A program made the position numbers and the translations under genes. DNA of 64,000 nucleotides from Octopus bimaculoides (lineage: Eukaryota): positions 31,180,476 through 31,244,475 of the forward strand of contig NC_068990.1 in assembly GCF_001194135.2 (NCBI RefSeq), given 5' to 3'. The notes beneath the pieces were generated by a model. That model was not told where the DNA came from. It worked only from the letters and a program-made list of their open reading frames with translations, and searched no databases. Shown here in pieces: positions 37,072-51,692 of the stretch. Position 1 is the stretch's first letter, and each line of letters starts with the position of its first letter.

Positions 37072-38501
37072 TAAGTGTTTGAAGTACAACAAAATTTTTT
37101 TACGTAAATTTATAACGGACAAATGTCCATTATAAATTTAGTAGTAGGAAGTTTAAAAGATTTATTTTAATTGTGTGAATTTGAAGAAAAATTCAGACAT
37201 GATAAAACATTTAGAGAAGTCATTAAAAGCAACAAAATGTTTTCTGTAGTATTTCAGTATACTCATTTAACATGTGAAACATGTATGCTTAGCATATGGA
37301 ACATGTAGTTTTTTTGTAACAATGTAGCCCAAACATTCAAAATTCTAACATTACATAAATAACAACTTAATACATTTTATGAGAATGAAGAATTCGTTAT
37401 GTAGATAATTATGTATATTTCTTATGAAATATTAATGTTTCTCAAGTGCTTTTAATCTTATTAATAAGCTCTCAGTTTCTTCCATATATTTGACTAACAA
37501 ACTCAGCTTTGCTTTCTTTCAGATTCTTATCAAGGATGTATGGTACTCTCTTTTATGTGGTTTCATTAAAAATCACTTGATTACTTGTGTGTTTGAACTT
37601 GGCTGGCCAAGGAGTAGTGACAATGCAAATCAATTATTCTAAATGAATACAAACTAAAGAAAAAAAAAAAAATACAGCAAAAATGATAAAAACAAAACAA
37701 ACTCTAATTTGTTCAGAATGTTTTTACCAAGAAAACAAATGAAAGTAAAAAAAGTAAGCTGTAATAAGTTGTGCAGTATGTGCAATTAGTTATTTGAAAG
37801 AAAGATTTTAAACTAGCATCAAACAATAGGAAGTATAGTAGCAAAATGAGTGGAATCTACAAAAATACTCTGTAAGCATGAAGAACTAATTGACAATAAA
37901 TATAGAAGAGAAATCAAACCTAAAAAAAGAGAGAAAAAAACAGCAAGAATCTTCAATGGAGTTAAATGCTACAAAACCCTAGTAGTAAAGCTGTTTCATA
38001 TATATATAGCTGCCAAATCAAAATAATGTGCAGCCTTAATAGCAGATTATTTACTTTCTGCTATTATAAATACATTTTGGTTCTACTGATAAAATTCCAA
38101 ATCTTCCTTGTCTGATGTGGCACAAAAGGAAGTAAAATGAGCAAATAATCATGCAGTAAAAGTTTCATGTGCTTCATAATTGTATAATAATGCAGTGTTA
38201 TGTTCTGTTGCCCTTGAAGTAAATAAAGACACCATCATCATTATCATCACACCTATTAAGTCAAAATACTTCACTACATTGTTCTACTGAATTATTGTGC
38301 ACAGGTTTGTGTACCTCTGGGTTATACATAGTTGCTCATACTTTGCTATATATGACTTTACATAACAATAAGTCACTGATTTACAAGGGAAAGGAAATGG
38401 GATATTCTTGTTTTCCTTATAGAATGTATTGCTAGCAAACTAAAATTCTTTCCTTGGTAAATATTTTAGAACTCCACTTCCCACAAAGTCATTCACAGCT
38501 T

Positions 38502-38726
38502 TATCTCTTTTAATATCAACCTGTCTGAAACTACTCTTTGTTCTATAATACAAATTTTTGCTTTTAATGAGATCTAAATTATAAATTCTCCATCAAAATT
38601 TCATGTTAATTTATGTTCCAAATACTAGATTAATATTGAGTTATTTTATCAAATTCTTCACAGTTTGAAAATCATTTGACACAAATTAAGTGTATTTTAA
38701 CAGAGATATGGTAAAGAAGGGTTTAA
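38502..38726 (-). mobile_element. piggyBac-like MITE, decayed, related to 6651-6830
   Basis: Reverse complement begins ttaaacccttctttaccatatctctgtt and shares ctagtatttggaacataaattaaca. Confidence 0.65.
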
Positions 38727-41700
38727 AAATGTCTAGGTTCAACACAAAATTATTAATGATATGATATATTTAAATTGATGTCGAATTAGGGATTGAATGG
38801 AAAGTCTAATTCCATCTTCAGTGAGAAAAGAACAAAGCTAATTTCTATTTAGTTAAAATGAATATACTAAAATAAGTTTAAATAACCCCAAGAAAGGCAT
38901 GGTGTAATAGTAATATTTATTTCATCACATTTATTTATTTGTTGATTTGTCAAGGGTACCCAATGGTAGAAAAGTTAGGAATGCTACAATATTTCATTTT
39001 CTAAACTGATACTAAACACTTCTTTCAATATTTCTCCTGATCTAAAATCTTCTGAAATCCTTCCCAACCTACATTTTCCATTCAGTCAACTTCAGCATGC
39101 AAAAGCTATAGGCCCTGTGTCTATTCCTGAACCTATGTATTAAACAAAAATGACTTCTATTAAATCAGGATTGTTTCATTTGTGTTGCTTTTCAAATGGA
39201 TTTAAAAAAATTTCCTGTACATCATTTGATAACATTCTACCTTTAGCAGCTACTCTAGTTTTTGTTTGCAAAGACAATCTAATTTTAAATATAATGTCCC
39301 TGTATAGTCATTGTCCCTTCCATTATTACTGATTTCTTAGGCCATCTGTATTACATTTAACATAACTTAAGGAAAGTGATATAGAAACAAAAGTCTAACC
39401 AAATTAGCTTTCAATGTATTCTAATATTTCAGTGCCAAACTAATCTGAATTATTCAGTTATTCATAATTGTAAATAGTTTGTTTTACAACATTTAGAAAG
39501 TATTAATGAAAAGATTATCCTGCAGAGCCATAAGTTATATACAGTTTTGACAATTTGATATGGAGACACTGTTTCCACTTAATTTTTGTTTCCTCTGATG
39601 TAATTCTTTTGTCATTTCTTATCAGGCAGATGTTTTTTCTTAAACTGAGTCAAACTCATATATATAAAAATTGATATGATCAGCTAAACATTTCAAGATT
39701 TTAAATTTAAGTAATACTCAAGGACTGCTTCTACTTCTCATATAATTGTTCAAACATTCAAGAATACTTTCTAGTTGGATGAATCCATGAGAATTTAATC
39801 AGACATCTAATCAGCAAATATTTCTTACAGTAACATATTATCAGTTGAATCAATGCATAAAATCTCACATAATTTACTTCCAATAATGTAGCTGATATTT
39901 AAATTATAATGAAATTAATAATCCAATTTTTTTTTACTTTCCAACATCAAATGATTGCAATAGTTCTAGCCATTTACAGTGAAATTGAGCAGCAGAGGAG
40001 AATAATAGTGATCCAGCTTTTCTTTAGCAACATGGATAGGAAATGATAACATCATAAATAGAGTAATAGCTTTTAGTTTCAATGGATACAAAATATGTTT
40101 AAGTCCTGGATTTATTTTTTAGTTATCAGTATGCATCAAAATGATATGATTTATAAAATATGGCTTTCCTTAAGCATTAAGCCAATCATAGATCTCATCT
40201 CATAATGTTTACAGGATTCATGAATTGATGTCAGTTTTTACAAATAACAAAAAAAAAAAATATGATTGAAACAATTCCTAAAATTTGATAAAGAATTATA
40301 AAGAATGAATCCTGAATTGCATATCATCAACACATATAAAATGCGATTCCTATTACCTATTGCTTTACAAGCAAAACAAATCTAAATATCCCTTTTTCTC
40401 TTATAAAAGATAAAAAGAAATTGTAAATAACTGAGAAAAAATAGTATATTGCGAAAAGAATAACAAATGCCTAAATATTCTTGACAGGATTGAATGACCA
40501 ATAAAATTTACAGTGTAATCTGTATAAAATCTTGGAAGAACAATGTTTTCTTGCAATAGTTTTTTTTTAATACAAAAAAAAAAAAAAATTATAATAAATA
40601 ATTTATTTTTCTGAAGGTAATTCAAAGCCAAAATTTAACCAGATAAAATATTCATTGGCAACTTAAATATGATTTGAAAAGTCAGGCTAAATAAACTTTA
40701 AAAAAATTATTAAAATATGGATACAGTGATATTGAATAAGGACTACTATAATTGGAAAATTTCAGGATACTGAATAAAGTGTTTATAAATTAAAGAGAAT
40801 TTGTAAAACTACTCAAAACATTAACTTTATTGGTTTTAATTCAAGATTAATACTTAATGTTCATTCTTTAAAACAAATCATTAATAAGAGTTAATGTAAA
40901 ATATCTACAATAAACTGTTATATTAAAAATTAAAAAAATAGTAAATCTATAGTTATCTAAATTATTTTTCGTCTTTTAATAATTTAAGAAAAATACAAAT
41001 AAATAATGCTAGCTTATTCATAGTTAATGCAGTAATATGAACATTCTGGAGATCTTTCATTAAAGGATTGAATATCACATAAGGTTGAATATGTATCTGT
41101 GAATTGCAATTTTCCCTTTTGGTTAATGTTTAATTTAATGCTGTTCATGAAGGACATTTGTAACAGCCCTAGCACTGGAAAGGAAGTTATGGCTAAAAAC
41201 AACAGACAGCACTATAAATACTGTCAAATAATGTAGTTGAAAGAGAGAGGAAGATAATGCAAATTCACCGTAAGGGCACAAGAAGCATTATCCTACATTC
41301 TAGCAGAATAAGACACCAACAACAAAGGAAATGAGGAATGATATATATTTATTTATTCTGTGCATTTGCTATGAAAGGTGATGGATATTGGATGTGGTTC
41401 TATGAATAAGGAAAGGCTTATAGAGCTCTGAGATGCAACTGAATCAACACCAGGAAAACAACCAGCCACTTAATCACATTCCAATATGGTGAACATAAAA
41501 GTCAGAAAGACTTTTTCCTCATCAGGAAGTGAGATAAACAGATAGTTGTAAATACTGAGGCTTATCCCATAAAAGAATGCACAACCTAACACAGGTTAGT
41601 AATTACTGAATAAGAGTGTGATGTGCATGTGTGCATATGTGTGTATATGTGTGAAGCAGTGAGAGAGAGAGAGTGGGGCTGAATGTTCGATCAAAGAGAA

Positions 41701-42279
41701 TGAATCAAATAGGTCTAGTGGCATCTATAAATATACTTGAATCATGGTACAATGAAGAGGAGACATTCATAAAGGCAGCATAGTACAGTGAAAGTGAAAA
41801 AGAGAGAGTGGCAGAAAGGTAAGTGATAAGAGGGATTTGTGACAGAGAGATGAATAATAGAGATATTAGAGAGATGAGAGGGTATCAAAGAGACAGGACA
41901 GTTTGCCTGCATATACAAATGTAGCTTCCCAAATTTGAAGTCATTTTGATGAGTGCCATGCATGAAACTCCCAGCCCTTGATTCAGTTTGTAACTTCTAA
42001 AAATTAAAAATGGAAAACATATATACTTATATTTTGCGTTTTATTTATTGTTTGTCCTACAAAACTTACATATATATACACATACATATTCACATAAATA
42101 TAGTAATGATTGTTTTCCTGATGCATCATTCAATACATGTGAGATTCACATTTATTTTTAAAAGGAAAAAGTTGATAATGACTTCAAAGTTTTGTCAGTT
42201 GTACCTCAGTTAAACTATCTGACCATTTGTAAGACTATGAAGTCAGTGTCAATGTTTTCCTATTTAATGTTCATGTTCC

Positions 42280-43250
42280 ATACTGTCACAGGTTGGATAG
42301 ATGTGTGTATTTATATAATCAATATTTAACGATGAGATTGTTGTCCACTTCCAGTGATTTTTATGGATTGGATGGGTTATTATATGCCAAGTCAGTTCTT
42401 TTGGGAGTCACTACTCTTATAGACTGGCACTCATGTGTTTCTTTTGGGCTTGGTTTCTATGGCTAGATACCCTTCTTATCTCTAACCACCTTACAGAGTG
42501 TACTGGATGCATTTTGCGGCAGACACAATAAAAAGGTTGTCATGTCAATGGCAAGACACATGTGCATATAGATTTGCCTTATATAATTTTACAAGTGATT
42601 TTCCATTTCTCCATGCTGGCATGGATTAGATAGTCTTCTCCAGCACAGCATCTTGCCATATGTTGCTGTTACTTCACATCTCCTTTGTGAGGTTCAACAT
42701 CCTGAGATTAGCTTCTCTAATTTTTCTCGTTTTCCTCAATTTGTGGCAGTTTCCTTCTACTAAGATATCCTGACATTTCTTGACCCAACTATTATCCTCC
42801 ATACACATAACATGTCCATACGAGCACATTCTCCACTCTTACATACTACATCAGCTTCCACTTGTAGCAAATTTTAGTCTCTACTCATTTTTGCACCATT
42901 GTTCACTCATACTAACACTATGCACTGAGCAGAGTATGCTGACCTCATTTTTCTCCAGTTGTCACCTTTCATTTACATTAAATGTTCAATGCTTTGCTAA
43001 CATTTCAAACACAGGCATATTTACAATCTATCCCTCACTTGGAGAGGTGAAACCCTTGTCATCACCATGTGTAATATATAGCTCTCTAAACTTCTATTTA
43101 GCACCTGAATTTTCTGAGTACCTCCTTCCATTGTGAATTAGGTCACTTTAGTAAAACAATTCACGAACGACCTTCATGGAGCATTCTATGCACCTGAAAG
43201 AATTTCACAGGTGCTCTTACTATTTTCATTTTGAACATCTGTCATTTTTT
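42280..43250 (-). mobile_element. Decayed RTE LINE 3' part plus adjacent RTE-tail element
   Basis: Minus frames: ..SYGHVMCMEDNSWVKKCQDILVEGN.. (cf. YGHVLQMDEDSCVKK at about 13510); tail ccatgctggcatgg. Confidence 0.7.
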
Positions 43251-43344
43251 AAGTCTTCCTCAACCATTGGCCTACTTGTGATAGTTTATTTACACTGATC
43301 TGGTAGCCTGTTACACTACCTCAATAAATTACATGTGCTTGTGT

Positions 43345-43473
43345 GTGTAAGACTGTGTGGTTGAGAGGATTCCTTTCTTACATTATCCTGGGTCTGATCC
43401 TACTGCGTAAAACATTAAACAAGTATCCACTACCATAACCTCAGTGAAATTATGTAGACAAAAACTATGCATA

Positions 43474-43523
<50 letters not shown>

Positions 43524-43715
43524 AATGGGAAGAGGGGAGGAAGAGTGCACATAAATACTTTGTGGAATTTTCTTACATAAAAATCCATCTCTTCGCACCC
43601 AGGTTGACTTTGATACATGTCCTTTACAAGACTGTTTTAAATTACTAAAACACTTGAAGTCAGTGCTCTAGTATGGCTACAGTCCAATAACTGAAACCAA
43701 TAAGAGAATAAAATA
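43345..43715 (+). mobile_element. Diverged SINE family A with internal (GT)n
   Basis: ctgtgtggtt..gggtctgatcctactgcg..gtgctctagtatggctacagtc..actgaaaccaataagagaataaaa. Confidence 0.65.
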
Positions 43716-46079
43716 GTATTTCTGTGCTATTCCCAGTGGCTTCAAGTGTTATTTAAAAGAGGTACTATCACACCATTACTAGCTTTACACATCAATGTAA
43801 TGAAGACTCAAACAACGACTGTTGCAAGGGTTGTGAAACAAGAATTGAGAGGCATGTGTATGATTTGGAATGTTAACATCTGTTATTTCAGATTCATTGT
43901 TTCTGAAGACAAAATCTTTTAGACAATAAGTATATATGTCTTAGGAGTAGGTTTTATAAACTCCAGCCTATCATTCTGAATTATGCAGGGTACCATTACT
44001 CTGTTATCGAGTTGGCATGGTCAGTCAGATGTTACTGAAATTGAAAGTGGTTTTCCTGTAGCTTTTCTATCATTTCATGATCAAATGTTTCATGGTTATT
44101 TTTATCATTGATGATGTTGTTTTAAATATAATGCTGTTTTTCACTGCTTGGAAGATTTCAGGTGTATAGCCTTATGCTACTGCAGCTTCAGTATATGCTA
44201 ATTGGTTATTTACTTTATGCCTTTTGTCTTGTTTTTGCACTTCATGTAACTTGATAGACATAATGCAAATGAATATATAACTGTATACGCACATTTTATT
44301 TTAAATTAAATATGAAAACAGTTGAGATAATACTACTTAGTTTTGCAGCAGTGGGATACAAATTCTAAATTAACATTCATGAAAACAAAGGAGAAAAAGA
44401 TAATTAAAACTGAAAACCTCAAAGTATGAAATTAAATTTTTACATATGAATAAACTTATCATCATTATTAAAAGTTTTAGAAAGAAAATATTTTTGATGT
44501 GATTCAACATATACATTCAGTAAAGAATTTTTAATTCTATTGCTAAATATGTATAGGCATCTCCTGTCTGCATGAAGTGAGTAAACTAAGATAATAGCAG
44601 TAGTTAATTGAATTCACATATATAAACAACTGTGTGCATGTAAAAGTATATGACAACAAAAAGTAAAGGCAGCAAGCTGTCAATAATATATATAAACCCT
44701 CATCTGTATCAGTTACTTAAAAGTTTTATACAACTTTTTTTACAATTCTCCTTTCATAGATCTTATATGAAAAAAATCAACAATAGTCAAGTCGTCACAA
44801 CACTTCTTATATTTTCATCTTTAATGTATATGTATATGTTACTCTTCAATATGATTCTTCATAATTCATATGATAGTTACTTTTTATCTATTCTTTTTTT
44901 ATCGTTCTCATTCATTTGCATTTTCAAATATATTTTGGAAAGTTTCTTATGTTCAACTGACAGGTTAAGTGGTTGTTATGTTTGTAAAGGTTCAATAAAG
45001 CTCCCTTTCTAGAATAACTTCATTGTTTACTGCTACTCTGCTACCATATGAGACAAGGTAAGTTTATAGCTACTTGAGAAGCAGAAGCCTATGTATAAGA
45101 TGTCACTTTAGCAAGACTGACATAAAAACATTGTCCAATGCATGCTGTTAGAAATGGTTCACTTTACTTGGCTTTATAACAAGGAAAGTATTGATCATTT
45201 ACAAAGCAGATTATTATTTCTAAGCATTTCCAGCTTTCTGACAACTGTGATGTACATTACAAATTTTATATATGATTTGATTTGGCTGATGATTTGCAAT
45301 AAATATGTCAAGAAAAACTTGACAGAGATAGCAATAAAAGTTTTTAGTGATTAAGAAGAGCATATCTATTTATATACTTGTCAATAATACAAATATTATA
45401 TAGATTTCTTTGTTCATGTTATTATGGAAAGTAATTATTTGATGTTGTTTTGTTGAACTTTTAAATAGTTACTTAGTCCTGATTTCAAAGAATTTAAATG
45501 AATGAAAATTTACATATATATTTTTCTTCATTCTGCTTTATGGGTAAGTAGAGAAATATTCATAAATAAGTTAAGATAGAATGTCTATTTATTGTTTTGA
45601 TATTATCTTACTTCAGTGCAATAATAACTAGTCTTTAAATAACAATCAGAACAATGAATTTTCCATGGTGATAATATTTCAAAGTAAATAAACAAATAAA
45701 TAAAATATCAATATCTGATATCTATATTACATAGTATACATTAGATTAAAATGTTAGTTTATCATAATCTTAAATTAGTATATACTTTTCATTAACATGA
45801 TCTAGGGCCAAGATTTGCAATAAAACTAATGAGTAGTAAATTAAAAGGTTTCTCATCAATGATAATAGCAGATATACTATTACATTTTTAAATATAGTTT
45901 TTCATATTTTTTTCTCTGTGGAATACACTAATTGACACTGCAATTTCATTTATTTATGGATAAATTGTTGAAAGGCCTTCCCAATAATAACTTGTCAGTG
46001 AAAATGTGATTACAATTGATGGCTATAAGAGAAGTTTTGAGGCAGACTAGATATACTAGGAGTGGGTTTCAGCTCATAT

Positions 46080-46738
46080 TAGAATATATAGATGTGTGTG
46101 TGTAAGTGTGTACATACAAGTGCAAATGTGTGTGTGCATGCATGTGTGTATATATGCACACACACACACATATATGTATACATATATATATATGTATGTA
46201 TACGTGTGTGTGTGTGTGTGTGTGTGTGTATAAAAGGTGCAGGTATGGCTTTACAGTTAAGAAGCTCACTGTGCAATCACATGGTTATTGGTTTAGCCCC
46301 ATAATGAGGCATCTTGGGCAAGTGTCTTTGACTATAACCTCAGACTAACCAATGCCTTGTGAGTGAACTTGGTACATGGGAACAGTGGAAGTAAGATTGT
46401 GTGTGTATGTGTGTACACACACATACATATATATGTATGTGTCCTTGTGTTTGTCCCACACCGCTGCTTGACAACAGGAGTTTGTTTGTTTACATCTCTA
46501 AGATAGCGATGCATCAAAAAATGTTGGTAAAATAAATGTCTGACTAAAAATAAAAAATGTACTAAGGCTGATTTGTTTGATTAAAACTTCCTTAAGGAAA
46601 CCTCAGCATGGCTGCAATTGAAGTACTGAAAAAATAAAAGATATATGTGTATATGTGTCAGTGTACATAAATGTTTATATACATATACGTATATTTATAT
46701 ACACACATATATATATACATATATGAATGTGTGTGTAA

Positions 46739-46795
<57 letters not shown>

Positions 46796-46806
46796 CACAT
46801 GCACAT

Positions 46807-46842
<36 letters not shown>

Positions 46843-47000
46843 TGTGTGTATGTATATATACATATACACACACATGTGTATATATATGCACAAACACATA
46901 TATATTCAGATATACATACAAAGATAAACACACACGTGTGTGTGTGCGTGCATATATTTATGTATGTATTTATATATACATATCTATATGCATATAACTT
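46080..47000. repeat. Compound (TA)n/(CA)n/(GT)n microsatellite field containing a family A SINE (about 46237-46642, +)
   Basis: Dinucleotide runs; SINE core cttgggcaagtgtctttgactataacctcagac. Confidence 0.85.
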
Positions 47001-47262
47001 CCAAAATAGAATTAGATAAAGGCCATATTTCAATAAATTTCATCGTATATTTTTAAAATCAAATTTCTTATGTTCACATATCAAAACATGTCTTTAAATA
47101 GTTTTATAAATATTCAAATTCTGAAATTATACAGGTCACCAAGATTAAGTATTTATGTGCCATCTTAGAAAAATCAGGAGATGTAGGCAGCAAGATCAGC
47201 CTAAAAAAAATCACCTGATACAATCTAGAAAAACAGAGCTTTGAACAAGAGCATCAAACTAA

Positions 47263-47485
47263 CCCTTTAGCATTTAAACTGGCCATATCTGGCCAAAATA
47301 TTCTACCAGTTTTATGTTCAAATCAGCCAGATCTGGCCTACCACACATACTCTACAATACAATTCTAGAAAAACAAAAACTAGTTACATCATCCAAATCT
47401 CAAAGCTGCAAGATAATACATGTTTAATTCAAAACAATGTGAATAAATAAATATTACATTTGACAGAATTATCTGAAAGTTGGAC
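47263..47485 (+). mobile_element. piggyBac-like MITE, second subfamily, right end decayed
   Basis: ccctttagcatttaaactggccatatctggcc; inverse of 63324-63544. Confidence 0.7.
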
Positions 47486-47589
47486 AAGCAAACAACACTG
47501 CCAGACTAAAATCATTTGAAATAATGTACTATTGAAGTGTATTGAGGATTAGTACGACTGACCATCAAACAAATGAGTCATTTGAGGAT

Positions 47590-47850
47590 ATGGAACAAAC
47601 TTGAAGAAATGGGACTAGGAAGAGAATTTTTGGCAACTGTCAGGAAGAGAAAACTGCAGTATTTTGGGCAGGTCATCAAGGCCCAGAACCTCAGCACCCA
47701 CATACTGAAGTGAGGAAGCGGGTGACCAAGAAGTCACCGAGCTGGATAACATCAAAGAATAGACCAGAAGTTCTCTGGCTGAATGTGCAACCATGGTCAG
47801 AGAGAGATGATGCATGCATTCATGATCTCCAACCCTAAGTAATATAGGCA
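47590..47850 (+). mobile_element. RTE/BovB-like LINE 3' ORF fragment
   Basis: ..FLATVRKRKLQYFGQVIKAQNLSTHIL..DNIKE; resembles the RTE C-terminal RKLxYFGH motif. Confidence 0.6.
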
Positions 47851-48937
47851 TCACAGAAAAAACAAAAATCTGAATTTGTTTAAAATATTGCTCATTTAGA
47901 GATATTATACAAATGTTTATTTGTTTTCTATTTACTTCTTCATTCAGATGCAAAACCTACCATTTTGCCTTATCAAGAAAGGTGTAAAATACTAATATAT
48001 TTACTTACTTTGTTAAAATATAGTGAATAGAGATAGAGAGTGTCACAGTGGTGACAATAACTAATAGCTCATAAAATGCATATGCAACAATACATATCCA
48101 TGTACATTGACTTACAAGAAAGAAGTTAGAAATAATCAAGTATTAGTAACCAAGGAAATATATTGTGTAAGATTTATGAAACAAAGCCACCATTTTGAGA
48201 TAAGAAGTACAACTGAGTAAAAAATTTAAAAAATCTCCAAAATTCTTTACTTACTATTTCTCACATTGAAAATGTGACTCAACTGATGCTGATAAATAAA
48301 GTCAAGTGCTAATAATAAGCATTAGTAGGAAAACATCTTTTAAATTAAATGAGTAAATATTGATGATCTTAATGCCTAAAGCAAATACAGTGGCTAAGTT
48401 AAAAAATAAGCTCTCACAAAACATCAAGAGAAAAGGCTTTTACTGTCCTTTCTTTGTGAATATTGTAATGTATTAAGATAGATTGAAAAATATCATAAAC
48501 AGCTGGGTTTTTAATTATACTAATTAAAATATTGAAGCATAGAAAGAAAAATCAGACTGTCAACATTTATCAACTGCATTTTCTAGTGTAATTGAATACA
48601 TATATATACATACATATATATATATATATAAGTCAGTAAATAGTGGGGTTGTGTTAACCGCACGTGGAGAAATAATAGGAAAATGAAAAATAAGGCAGAA
48701 TGCTAAACTGGAAGCATATTTTAATAAAGATTTCTAACAGGCTTTCATTGTGAAGCAAATTTTCAAGAAGAAGGAGAATGAAAATGTTTTTTACAAAGAA
48801 GTACAAAATGAAGAAAATAATATATAAAAAAAATAATATATAAAAAAATAAAAATACCAATACATTATATTGTCTTTGAGCTTTTGAAGTTCAATGGTAA
48901 TTCCTGTATATAATGGTTGGAAAAATAAGGATGCATG

Positions 48938-49415
48938 NNNNNNNNNNNNNNNNNNNNNNNNNNNNNNNNNNNNNNNNNNNNNNNNNNNNNNNNNNNNNNN
49001 NNNNNNNNNNNNNNNNNNNNNNNNNNNNNNNNNNNNNNNNNNNNNNNNNNNNNNNNNNNNNNNNNNNNNNNNNNNNNNNNNNNNNNNNNNNNNNNNNNNN
49101 NNNNNNNNNNNNNNNNNNNNNNNNNNNNNNNNNNNNNNNNNNNNNNNNNNNNNNNNNNNNNNNNNNNNNNNNNNNNNNNNNNNNNNNNNNNNNNNNNNNN
49201 NNNNNNNNNNNNNNNNNNNNNNNNNNNNNNNNNNNNNNNNNNNNNNNNNNNNNNNNNNNNNNNNNNNNNNNNNNNNNNNNNNNNNNNNNNNNNNNNNNNN
49301 NNNNNNNNNNNNNNNNNNNNNNNNNNNNNNNNNNNNNNNNNNNNNNNNNNNNNNNNNNNNNNNNNNNNNNNNNNNNNNNNNNNNNNNNNNNNNNNNNNNN
49401 NNNNNNNNNNNNNNN
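48938..49415. other. Assembly gap (others at 1884-2009, 29421-29430, 56666-57172, 58258-58546, 62218-62286)
   Basis: N runs, mostly abutting (TA)n. Confidence 1.
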
Positions 49416-49446
<31 letters not shown>

Positions 49447-50192
49447 TTTCTACAATAAATCAAATATGGTATAACTTAAGATAAAACTCATAATTTCAAA
49501 ATCTAACAACACAACTATGAAAAATGAAAAATTAGTTTCATTCATCAAATAACTGAATAGCATCAAATAAATACAATATAAATAGCCTAATGAGTATTTT
49601 AACATAAGTCACAAGGGATACTACAATCAAGTAAGTTTTGGGGAAAAAAATACATTGTTACCTTCTAAGAACCAACATTAATATCTAAATCAATCACATC
49701 AGTATATTTACAAACTTCCAAAGTAATGACCACATCTGCTAACATATAATCTAATAGAAAGTGTCAGTGCAAAGAATGAAAACAAATGAAAAGCTATAAA
49801 TAACTGATGACTACTGCATTAAATTAAGTATAAAGAATAGCAGATCAATCATCAGTATTTCCTATTCCATTTGTCTGTTAATCATGCTTACACTATTCAT
49901 TCTTGTTTAATCTACTCAACGACATTTTGCCTTACAGCAGCAATAGCAAATGTGGTCAATTATTTCGACCATTTAATGCAATACCATTGTCCAAATTAGA
50001 GGAAAAGCAAATATGTCAAAGTCAAACACTGATAAAAGAAGCAATCAACAAAGCTGATCTAACGCTACTTGGCATTGCAAAAACAAAGAAACAAAAAAAA
50101 ATAAAAACATTTTTAAAAAAATTGTTGAAAGAAAATTCACTCTTTCATCATTCATTCTTTTGATGGTCAGCTTTAAAATAGGAAAACTTTTG

Positions 50193-50308
50193 CAGTGGCA
50201 TACTGTAGATTGGCCACTCCTTTCCTTACACCTTTAATTGCAGCAAACACATAAAATTGGCTGCCCTGTGCAGCTCACACACCCTGTACACCTCACGCGC
50301 TGCCACTA
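50193..50308. mobile_element. 116-bp hAT-type MITE with 8-bp TSD
   Basis: aacttttg|cagtggca ... tgccacta|aacttttg. Confidence 0.75.
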
Positions 50309-50866
50309 AACTTTTGCCATATCAGTTTTAATGAAATTTGCAAATTACAAATGTGAGATGAATAAGAAAACACTTTCTTAATGCAGAGTTTCAGTTTACA
50401 CAATTTCCATAGACTTAAATTTTTTTTAATGAGTATTTTTGTAAGAAATAATACAAAAAATTCTATAGAAGATGATAGATAAAATTCCACAATTATTCTA
50501 AAAATTATAAGATTGTTGGAAGTTTATAGAGAACTACGAAATAATTTTTTTCAAATTGTATTTTTCTAAAGTATTTGACTTTTGAGATGGTGTATTGAAG
50601 GCAAGAACTTTTAAAACAACATTGTTTTGTTATACACTTACAATCACTTCTACCTTTAGTGCTGTTACCCATGATTGTTATCTTTATGTGAAAAAAGTTA
50701 AGAACCTTAACAATGGAATCTTGTAATATTATTCTGCTTTGCTACCACTATGCAGGTAAAGCTTTTAGAAATTTCAGCAAGCTGTGCTGTACTATATACT
50801 TTTATTTTTTTTTTCATATCAGAGAAAAAATGCAATTGGCTGGACTTAAATCTGGAGTTCCATTAA

Positions 50867-51086
50867 CCCTTTCGTTACCAACCCAGCTGAAACCGGCTCT
50901 GGCTCTGATTACAAATGTCTTGTTTTCCCAAGTCTTGAATTAAAATCTTCCACCAAACCTTAGTCACAATTTATGTTCCTAACACTAGCTTAATGATAAC
51001 TGAGTTATTTTACTAAATTCTTTGTTTTATTTAAAGTAATTGAAAGAAACACAGAGCATCTAAAAAAAAATACAGTAACAAAAGGG
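50867..51086 (+). mobile_element. piggyBac-like MITE (220 bp)
   Basis: TTAA|ccctttcgttac ... gtaacaaaaggg|ctaa. Confidence 0.8.
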
Positions 51087-51134
51087 CTAAATGAAGCACA
51101 ATAACTGCTTCACTGAGCTGTAAGATTTTATAAA

Positions 51135-51184
<50 letters not shown>

Positions 51185-51189
<5 letters not shown>

Positions 51190-51537
51190 CTTTTACTGTT
51201 TCAGCCATTAGAGTGAGGCTGTGCAGGGGCATCACTTTGAAGAATTTTTAGTTGAATGAATCGATTCCAGTACTTAATTTGTTAAACCCGGTACTTATTC
51301 TACTGGTCTCATTTGCCAAAACACCAAGTTACAAAGATGTAAACACACCAACACTGGTTGTCAATTGGTACTAGGAGACAAGCATAGATGAAAAGACACA
51401 CACATATGTATACACTATGGGATTCCTACAGTTTCCATCTATCAAATCCACTCACTAGGCTTTGGTTGGCTGGAGGCTATAGAAGACATGCCCAAGTTGC
51501 CACACAGTGGGACTGAACCCGGAACCACGTACCTGGG
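51185..51537 (-). mobile_element. SINE family A
   Basis: tcttttactgtttcagcca..ggactgaacccggaaccac is the reverse complement of the family A tail and head. Confidence 0.8.
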
Positions 51538-51692
51538 ATATATATATATATATATATATATAATCATCACACACGCACACACACTTGCTTATAAAATCTT
51601 ACAGCTCAGTGAGGCAGTTACTGTGCTTCAGTTAACTCTTTTGTTACTGTGTATATATATATATGTATATATATATATAACTATATATACCT

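Noticed and set aside
46069-47033. Cluster of YI/HT/CV-repeat ORFs
   Set aside because: Dinucleotide microsatellite translations
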